Assembly: GCA_964016885.1 (NCBI GenBank)
Contig: OZ024741.1
Coordinates: forward strand, 186,000,001-186,064,000
DNA: 64,000 nucleotides
Source: Eledone cirrhosa
Lineage: Eukaryota
Reading direction: 5' to 3'
Positions 1-10,000 of this stretch are shown one piece after another (position 1 is the stretch's first letter; every line of letters begins with the position of its first letter). The notes under the pieces are model-generated. The model was not told where the DNA came from, did not search any database, and was given only the letters and a program-made list of their open reading frames with translations. A program made the translations under genes and the position numbers.

Positions 1-3000
1 GTTGTTTGTTATTTCGTGTTGTAGGTATTGCATTGTTGTTTGTTATTTTGTGTTGGAGGTAATGCTATGCTGTTTGTTATTTTGTGTTGGAGGCAATGCT
101 AGTGTTGTTTGTTATTTTATGTTGGAGGTATTGCCTTGTTGTCTGTTATTTTATGTTGGAGGTAATGCTAGTGTTGATTGTTATTTTGTGTTGGAGGTAA
201 TGTTAGTGTTGTTTGTTATTTTATGTTGGAGGTAATGCTAGTGTTGTTTGTTATTTGTTTGTTGGAGGTAATGCTAGTGTTGTTTGTTATTTCGTGTTTT
301 AGGTATTGCATTGTTGTTTGTTATTTTGTGTTGGAGGTAATGCTATGTTGTTTGTTATTTTGTGTTGGAGGCAATGCTAGTGTTGTTTGTTATTTTATGT
401 TGGAGGTATTGCCTTGTTGTCTGTTATTTTGTGTAGGAGGTAATGTTAGTGTTGTTTATTATTTTATGTTAGAGGTAATGCTAGTGTTGTTTGTTATTTT
501 ATGTTGGAGGTATTGCCTTGTTGTTTGTTATTTAGTGTTGGAGGTAATGCTAGTGTTGTTTGTTATTTTATGTTGCAGGCAATGCTAGTGTTGTTTGTTC
601 TTTTATGTTGGAGGTATTGCCTTGTTGTTTGTTATTTTGTGTTGGAGGTAATGCTAGTGTTGTTTGTTATTTTATGTTGGAGGTAATGCTAGTCTTGTTT
701 GTTATTTTATGTTGGAGGTAATGCTAGTGTTGTTTGTTATTTTATGTTGGAGGTAATGCTACTGTTGTTTGTTTTTTATGTTGGAGGTAATGCTAGTGTT
801 GTTTGTTATTTTATGTTGGAGGTAATGCTAGTGTTGTTTGTTATTTTAAGTTGGAGGTAATACTATGTTGTTTGTTATTTTATGTTGGAGGTATTCCCTT
901 GTTGTTTGCTATTTCGTGTTGGCGGTAATGTTAGTGTTGTTTGTTATTTTATGTTGGAGGTAATGCTATGTTGTTTGTTATTTTATGTTGGAGGTATTCC
1001 CTTGTTGTTTGTTATTTCGAGTTGGAGGTAATGCTAGTGTTGTTTGTTATTTTATGTTGGAGGTATTGCCTTGTTGTTTGTTATTTTGTATTGGAGGTAA
1101 TGTTATTGTTGTTTGTTATTTTATGTTGGAGGTAATGCTAGTGTTGTTTGTTATTTTATGTTGGAGGTAATGCTACTGTTGTTTATTTTGTATGTTGGAG
1201 GTAATGCTAGTGTTGTTTGTTATTTTATGTTGGAGGCAATGCTAGTGTTGTTTGTTATTTTATGTTGGAGGTAGTGCCTTGTTGTTTGTTATTTTGTGTT
1301 GGAGGTAATGCTAGTGTTGTTTGTTATTTTATGTTGGAGGTAGTGCCTTGTTGTTTGTTATTTTGTGTTGGAGGTAATGTTAGTGTCGTTTGTTATTTTG
1401 TGTTGGCGGTAATGTTAGTGTTGTTTGTTATTTTAAGTTGGAGGTAATACTATGTTGTTTGTTATTTTATGTTGGAGGTATTCCCTTGTTGTTTGTTATT
1501 TCGAGTTGGAGGTAATGTTAGTGTTGTTTGTTATTTTATATTGGAGGTAATGCTACTGTTGTTTGTTTTTTATGTTGGAGGTAATGCTAGTGTTGTTTGT
1601 TATTTTATGTTGGAGGTATTGCCTTGTTTTTTGTTATTTTGTGTTGGAGGTAATGCTAGTGTTGTTTGTTATTTTATGTTGGAGGTAGTGCCTTGTTGTT
1701 TGTTATTTTAAGTTGGAGGTAATACTATGTTGTTTGTTATTTTATGTTGGAGGTATTCCCTTGTTGTTTGCTATTTCGTGTTGGCGGTAATGTTAGTGTT
1801 GTTTGTTATTTTATGTTGGAGGTAATGCTATGTTGTTTGTTATTTTATGTTGGAGGTATTCCCTTGTTGTTTGTTATTTCGAGTTGGAGGTAATGTTAGT
1901 GTTGTTTGTTATTTTATGTTGGAGGTAATGCTAGTGTTGTTTGTTATTTTACGTTGGAGGTAATGCTAGTGTTGTTTGTTATTTTATGTTGGAGGTAATG
2001 CTATGTTGTTTGTTATTTTATGTTGGAGGTATTCCCTTGTTGTTTGTTATTTCGAGTTGGAGGTAATGTTAGTGTTGTTTGTTATTTTGTGTTGTAGGTA
2101 ATGCTAGTGTTGTTTGTTATTTTATGTTGGAGGTAATGCTAGTGTTGTATGTTATTTTATGTTGGAGGTAATGCTAGTGTTGTTTGTTATTTTATGTTGG
2201 AGGTAATGCTAGTGTTGTTTGTTAATTTATGTTGGAGGTAATGCTAGTGTTGTTTGTTATTTTATGTTGGAGGTAATGCTAGTGTTGTTTGTTATTTTGT
2301 GTTGGAGGTAATGTTAGTGTTGTTTGTTATTTTATTTTGGAGGTAATGCTAGTGTAGTTTGTTTTTTGTTTGTTGGAGGTAATGCTAGTGTTGTTTGTTA
2401 TTTCGTGTTGTAGGTATTGCATTGTTGTTTGTTATTTTGTGTTGGAGGTAATGCTATGCTGTTTGTTATTTTGTGTTGGAGGCAATGCTAGTGTTGTTTG
2501 TTATTTTATGTTGGAGGTATTGCCTTGTTGTCTGTTATTTTATGTTGGAGGTAATGCTAGTGTTGATTGTTATTTTGTGTTGGAGGTAATGTTAGTGTTG
2601 TTTGTTATTTTATGTTGGAGGTAATGCTAGTGTTGTTTGTTATTTGTTTGTTGGAGGTAATGCTAGTGTTGTTTGTTATTTCGTGTTTTAGGTATTGCAT
2701 TGTTGTTTGTTATTTTGTGTTGGAGGTAATGCTATGTTGTTTGTTATTTTGTGTTGGAGGCAATGCTAGTGTTGTTTGTTATTTTATGTTGGAGGTATTG
2801 CCTTGTTGTCTGTTATTTTGTGTAGGAGGTAATGTTAGTGTTGTTTATTATTTTATGTTAGAGGTAATGCTAGTGTTGTTTGTTATTTTATGTTGGAGGT
2901 ATTGCCTTGTTGTTTGTTATTTAGTGTTGGAGGTAATGCTAGTGTTGTTTGTTATTTTATGTTGCAAGCAATGCTAGTGTTGTTTGTTCTTTTATGTTGG

Positions 3001-3421
3001 AGGTATTGCCTTGTTGTTTGTTATTTTGTGTTGGAGGTAATGCTAGTGTTGTTTGTTATTTTATGTTGGAGGTAATGCTAGTCTTGTTTGTTATTTTATG
3101 TTGGAGGTAATGCTAGTGTTGTTTGTTATTTTATGTTGGAGGTAATGCTACTGTTGTTTGTTTTTTATGTTGGAGGTAATGCTAGTGTTGTTTGTTATTT
3201 TATGTTGGAGGTAATGCTAGTGTTGTTTGTTATTTTAAGTTGGAGGTAATACTATGTTGTTTGTTATTTTATGTTGGAGGTATTCCCTTGTTGTTTGCTA
3301 TTTCGTGTTGGCGGTAATGTTAGTGTTGTTTGTTATTTTATGTTGGAGGTAATGCTATGTTGTTTGTTATTTTATGTTGGAGGTATTCCCTTGTTGTTTG
3401 TTATTTCGAGTTGGAGGTAAT
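1..3421 (+). repeat. Duplicated block, offset 2389 bp (about 1-1032 = about 2390-3421)
   Basis: ORF-track twins 178/2567 and 501/2890. Rare variants occur in the same order (ttgattg, gttttagg, gtaggagg, tttagtg, gttctttt, agtcttg). One difference seen: gcaggc vs gcaagc. Confidence 0.9.
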
Positions 3422-6400
3422 GTTAGTGTTGTTTGTTATTTTATGTTGGAGGTAATGCTAGTGTTGTTTGTTATTTTACGTTGGAGGTAATGCTAGTGTT
3501 GTTTGTTATTTTATGTTGGAGGTAATGCTAGTGTTGTTTGTTATTTTATGTTGGAGGTAATGCTAGTGTTGTTTGTTATTTTATGTTTGAGGTAATGCTA
3601 GTGTTGTTTGTTATTTTATATTGGAGGTAATGCTACTGTTGTTTGTTTTTTATGTTGGAGGTAATGCTAGTGTTGTTTGTTATTTTATGTTGGAGGTATT
3701 GCCTTGTTTTTTGTTATTTTGTGTTGGAGGTAATGCTAGTGTTGTTTGTTATTTTATGTTGGAGGTAGTGCCTTGTTGTTTGTTATTTTAAGTTGGAGGT
3801 AATACTATGTTGTTTGTTATTTTATGTTGGAGGTATTCCCTTGTTGTTTGCTATTTCGTGTTGGCGGTAATGTTAGTGTTGTTTGTTATTTTATGTTGGA
3901 GGTAATGCTAGTGTTGTTTGTTATTTTATGTTGGAGGCAATGCTAGTGTTGTTTGTTATTTTATGTTGGAGGTAGTGCCTTGTTGTTTGTTATTTTGTGT
4001 TGGAGGTAATGCTAGTGTTGTTTGTTATTTTATGTTGGAGGTAGTGCCTTGTTGTTTGTTATTTTGTGTTGGAGGTAATGTTAGTGTCGTTTGTTATTTT
4101 GTGTTGTAGGTAATGCTAATGTTGTTTGTTATTTTATGTTGGAGGTAATGCTAGTGTTGTTTGTTATTTTATGTTGGAGGTAATGCTAGTGTTGTTTGTT
4201 ATTTTATGTTTGAGGTAATGCTAGTGTTGTTTGTTATTTTATATTGGAGGTAATGCTACTGTTGTTTGTTTTTTATGTTGGAGGTAATGCTAGTGTTGTT
4301 TGTTATTTTATGTTGGAGGTATTGCCTTGTTTTTTGTTATTTTGTGTTGGAGGTAATGCTAGTGTTGTTTGTTATTTTATGTTGGAGGTAGTGCCTTGTT
4401 GTTTGTTATTTTAAGTTGGAGGTAATACTATGTTGTTTGTTATTTTATGTTGGAGGTATTCCCTTGTTGTTTGCTATTTCGTGTTGGCGGTAATGTTAGT
4501 GTTGTTTGTTATTTTATGTTGGAGGTAATGCTATGTTGTTTGTTATTTTATGTTGGAGGTATTCCCTTGTTGTTTGTTATTTCGAGTTGGAGGTAATGCT
4601 AGTGTTGTTTGTTATTTTATGTTGGAGGTATTGCCTTGTTGTTTGTTATTTTGTATTGGAGGTAATGTTATTGTTGTTTGTTATTTTATGTTGGAGGTAA
4701 TGCTAGTGTTGTTTGTTATTTTATGTTGGAGGTAATGCTACTGTTGTTTATTTTGTATGTTGGAGGTAATGCTAGTGTTGTTTGTTATTTTATGTTGGAG
4801 GCAATGCTAGTGTTGTTTGTTATTTTATGTTGGAGGTAGTGCCTTGTTGTTTGTTATTTTAAGTTGGAGGTAATACTATGTTGTTTGTTATTTTATGTTG
4901 GAGGTATTCCCTTGTTGTTTGCTATTTCGTGTTGGCGGTAATGTTAGTGTTGTTTGTTATTTTATATTGGAGGTAATGCTACTGTTGTTTGTTTTTTATG
5001 TTGGAGGTAATGCTAGTGTTGTTTGTTATTTTATGTTGGAGGTATTGCCTTGTTTTTTGTTATTTTGTGTTGGAGGTAATGCTAGTGTTGTTTGTTATTT
5101 TATGTTGGAGGTAGTGCCTTGTTGTTTGTTATTTTAAGTTGGAGGTAATACTATGTTGTTTGTTATTTTATGTTGGAGGTATTCCCTTGTTGTTTGCTAT
5201 TTCGTGTTGGCGGTAATGTTAGTGTTGTTTGTTATTTTATGTTGGAGGTAATGCTATGTTGTTTGTTATTTTATGTTGGAGGTATTCCCTTGTTGTTTGT
5301 TATTTCGAGTTGGAGGTAATGTTAGTGTTGTTTGTTATTTTATGTTGGAGGTAATGCTAGTGTTGTTTGTTATTTTACGTTGGAGGTAATGCTAGTGTTG
5401 TTTGTTATTTTATGTTGGAGGTAATGCTATGTTGTTTGTTATTTTATGTTGGAGGTATTCCCTTGTTGTTTGTTATTTCGAGTTGGAGGTAATGTTAGTG
5501 TTGTTTGTTATTTTGTGTTGTAGGTAATGCTAGTGTTGTTTGTTATTTTATGTTGGAGGTAATGCTAGTGTTGTATGTTATTTTATGTTGGAGGTAATGC
5601 TAGTGTTGTTTGTTATTTTATGTTGGAGGTAATGCTAGTGTTGTTTGTTAATTTATGTTGGAGGTAATGCTAGTGTTGTTTGTTATTTTATGTTGGAGGT
5701 AATGCTAGTGTTGTTTGTTATTTTGTGTTGGAGGTAATGTTAGTGTTGTTTGTTATTTTATTTTGGAGGTAATGCTAGTGTAGTTTGTTTTTTGTTTGTT
5801 GGAGGTAATGCTAGTGTTGTTTGTTATTTCGTGTTGTAGGTATTGCATTGTTGTTTGTTATTTTGTGTTGGAGGTAATGCTATGCTGTTTGTTATTTTGT
5901 GTTGGAGGCAATGCTAGTGTTGTTTGTTATTTTATGTTGGAGGTATTGCCTTGTTGTCTGTTATTTTATGTTGGAGGTAATGCTAGTGTTGATTGTTATT
6001 TTGTGTTGGAGGTAATGTTAGTGTTGTTTGTTATTTTATGTTGGAGGTAATGCTAGTGTTGTTTGTTATTTGTTTGTTGGAGGTAATGCTAGTGTTGTTT
6101 GTTATTTCGTGTTTTAGGTATTGCATTGTTGTTTGTTATTTTGTGTTGGAGGTAATGCTATGTTGTTTGTTATTTTGTGTTGGAGGCAATGCTAGTGTTG
6201 TTTGTTATTTTATGTTGGAGGTATTGCCTTGTTGTCTGTTATTTTGTGTAGGAGGTAATGTTAGTGTTGTTTATTATTTTATGTTAGAGGTAATGCTAGT
6301 GTTGTTTGTTATTTTATGTTGGAGGTATTGCCTTGTTGTTTGTTATTTAGTGTTGGAGGTAATGCTAGTGTTGTTTGTTATTTAATGTTCAGGCAATGCT

Positions 6401-7010
6401 AGTGTTGTTTGTTCTTTTATGTTGGAGGTATTGCCTTGTTGTTTGTTATTTTGTGTTGGAGGTAATGCTAGTGTTGTTTGTTATTTTATGTTGGAGGTAA
6501 TGCTAGTCTTGTTTGTTATTTTATGTTGGAGGTAATGCTAGTGTTGTTTGTTATTTTATGTTGGAGGTAATGCTACTGTTGTTTGTTTTTTATGTTGGAG
6601 GTAATGCTAGTGTTGTTTGTTATTTTATGTTGGAGGTAATGCTAGTGTTGTTTGTTATTTTAAGTTGGAGGTAATACTATGTTGTTTGTTATTTTATGTT
6701 GGAGGTATTCCCTTGTTGTTTGCTATTTCGTGTTGGCGGTAATGTTAGTGTTGTTTGTTATTTTATGTTGGAGGTAATGCTATGTTGTTTGTTATTTTAT
6801 GTTGGAGGTATTCCCTTGTTGTTTGTTATTTCGAGTTGGAGGTAATGTTAGTGTTGTTTGTTATTTTATGTTGGAGGTAATGCTAGTGTTGTTTGTTATT
6901 TTACGTTGGAGGTAATGCTAGTGTTGTTTGTTATTTTATGTTGGAGGTAATGCTAGTGTTGTTTGTTATTTTATGTTGGAGGTAATGCTAGTGTTGTTTG
7001 TTATTTTATG
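1515..7010 (+). repeat. Duplicated block, offset 3426 bp (about 1515-3585 = about 4941-7010)
   Basis: ORF twins 1469/4895, 2370/5796 and 2567/5993, with shared markers ttgtatgtta, gttaattt, ttattttgg and gtgtagttt. Confidence 0.88.
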
Positions 7011-10000
7011 TTGTAGGTAATGCTAGTGTTGTTTGTTATTTTATGTTGGAGGTAATGCTAGTGTTGTTTGTTATTTTATGTTGGAGGTAATGCTAGTGTT
7101 GTTTGTTATTTTATGTTGGGGGTAATGCTAGTGTTGTTTGTTAATTTATGTTGGAGGTAATGCTAGTGTTGTTTGTTATTTTATGTTGGAGGTAATGCTA
7201 GTGTTGTTTGTTATTTTGTGTTGGAGGTAATGTTAGTGTTGTTTGTTATTTTATTTTGGAGGTAATGCTAGTGTAGTTTGTTTTTTGTTTGTTGGAGGTA
7301 ATGCTAGTGTTGTTTGTTATTTCGTGTTGTAGGTATTGCATTGTTGTTTGTTATTTTGTGTTGGAGGTAATGCTATGTTGTTTGTTATTTTGTGTTGGAG
7401 GCAATGCTAGTGTTGTTTGTTATTTTATGTTGGAGTTATTGCCTTGTTGTCTGTTATTTTATGTTGGAGGTAATGCTAGTGTTGATTGTTATTTTGTGTT
7501 GGAGGTAATGTTAGTGTTGTTTGTTATTTTATGTTGGAGGTAATGCTAGTGTTGTTTGTTATTTGTTTGTTGGAGGTAATGCTAGTGTTGTTTGTTATTT
7601 CGTGTTTTAGGTATTGCATTGTTGTTTGTTATTTTGTGTTGGAGGTAATGCTATGTTGTTTGTTATTTTGTGTTGGAGGCAATGCTAGTGTTGTTTGTTA
7701 TTTTATGTTGGAGGTATTGCCTTGTTGTCTGTTATTTTGTGTAGGAGGTAATGTTAGTGTTGTTTATTATTTTATGTTAGAGGTAATGCTAGTGTTGTTT
7801 GTTATTTTATGTTGGGGGTATTGCCTTGTTGTTTGTTATTTAGTGTTGGAGGTAATGCTAGTGTTGTTTGTTATTTTATGTTGGAGGCAATGCTAGTGTT
7901 GTTTGTTATTTTATGTTGGAGGTAATGCTACTGTTGTTTATTTTGTATGTTGGAGGTAATGCTAGTGTTGTTTGTTATTTTATGTTGGAGGCAATGCTAG
8001 TGTTGTTTGTTATTTTATGTTGGAGGTAGTGCCTTGTTGTTTGTTATTTTGTGTTGGAGGTAATGCTAGTGTTGTTTGTTATTTTATGTTGGAGGTAGTG
8101 CCTTGTTGTTTGTTATTTTGTGTTGGAGGTAATGTTAGTGTCGTTTGTTATTTTGTGTTGTAGGTAATGCTAATGTTGTTTGTTATTTTATGTTGGAGGT
8201 AATGCTAGTGTTGTTTGTTATTTTATGTTGGAGGTATTCCCTTGTTGTTTGCTATTTCGTGTTGGCGGTAATGTTAGTGTTGTTTGTTATTTTATGTTGG
8301 AGGTAATGCTATGTTGTTTGTTATTTTATGTTGGAGGTATTCCCTTGTTGTTTGTTATTTCGAGTTGGAGGTAATGTTAGTGTTGTTTGTTATTTTATGT
8401 TGGAGGTAATGCTAGTGTTGTTTGTTATTTTACGTTGGAGGTAATGCTAGTGTTGTTTGTTATTTTATGTTGGAGGTAATGCTAGTGTTGTTTGTTATTT
8501 TTTGTTGTAGGTATTGGCTTGTTGTTTGTTATTTTGTGTTGTAGGTAATGCTAGTGTTGTTTGTTATTTTATGTTGGAGGTAATGCTAGTGTTGTTTGTT
8601 ATTTTATGTTGGAGGTAATGCTAGTGTTGTTTGTTATTTTATGTTGGAGGTAATGCTAGTGTTGTTTGTTAATTTATGTTGGAGGTAATGCTAGTGTTGT
8701 TTGTTATTTTATGTTGGAGGTAATGCTAGTGTTGTTTGTTATTTTGTGTTGGAGGTAATGTTAGTGTTGTTTGTTATTTTATTTTGGAGGTAATGCTAGT
8801 GTAGTTTGTTTTTTGTTTGTTGGAGGTAATGCTAGTGTTGTTTGTTATTTCGTGTTGTAGGTATTGCATTGTTGTTTGTTATTTTGTGTTGGAGGTAATG
8901 CTATGCTGTTTGTTATTTTGTGTTGGAGGCAATGCTAGTGTTGTTTGTTATTTTATGTTGGAGGTATTGCCTTGTTGTCTGTTATTTTATGTTGGAGGTA
9001 ATGCTAGTGTTGATTGTTATTTTGTATTGGAGGTAATGTTAGTGTTGTTTGTTATTTTGTGTTGGAGGTAATGCTAGTGTTGTTTGTTATTTGTTTGTTG
9101 GAGGTAATGCTAGTGTTGTTTGTTATTTCGTGTTTTAGGTATTGCATTGTTGTTTGTTATTTTGTGTTGGAGGTAATGCTATGTTGTTTGTTATTTTGTG
9201 TTGGAGGCAATGCTAGTGTTGTTTGTTATTTTATGTTGGAGGTATTGCCTTGTTGTCTGTTATTTTGTGTAGGAGGTAATGTTAGTGTTGTTTATTATTT
9301 TATGTTAGAGGTAATGCTAGTGTTGTTTGTTATTTTATGTTGGAGGTATTGCCTTGTTGTTTGTTATTTAGTGTTGGAGGTAATGCTAGTGCTGTTTGTT
9401 ATTTTATGTTGGAGGCAATGCTAGTGTTGTTTGTTATTTTATGTTGGAGGTATTGCCTTGTTGTTTGTTATTTTGTGTTGGAGGTAATGCTAGTGTTGTT
9501 TGTTATTTTATGTTGGAGGTAATGCTAGTGTTGTTTGATATTTTAAGTTTGAGGTAATACTTTGTTGTTTGTTATTTTATGTTGGAGGTATTCCCTTGTT
9601 GTTTGCTATTTCGTGTTGGCGGTAATGTTAGTGTTGTTTGTTATTTTATGTTGGAGGTAATGCTATGTTGTTTGTTATTTTATGCTGGAGGTATTCCTTT
9701 GTTGTTTGTTATTTCGAGTTGGAGGTAATGTTAGTGTTGTTTTTTATTTTATGTTGGAGGTATTGCTAGTGTTGTTTGTTATTTTATGTTGGAGGTAATG
9801 CTAGTGTTGTTTGTTATTTTATGTTGGAGGTAATGCTAGTGTTGTTTGTTATTTTATGTTGGAGGTAATGCTAGTGTTGTTTGTTATATTATGTTGGAGG
9901 TAATGCTAGTGTTGTTTGTTATTTTATGTCGGAGGTAATGCTAGTGTTGTTTGTTATTTTATGTTGGAGGTAATGCTAGTGTTGATTGTTATTTTATGTT

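Noticed and set aside
6375-6395. tttaatgttcagg, a unique double change truncating the 136-aa ORF (apparent frameshift or pseudogene)
   Set aside because: The ORF is not a gene. The change is a singleton among four homologous copies and may be a consensus error, so it is used only as an offset marker.
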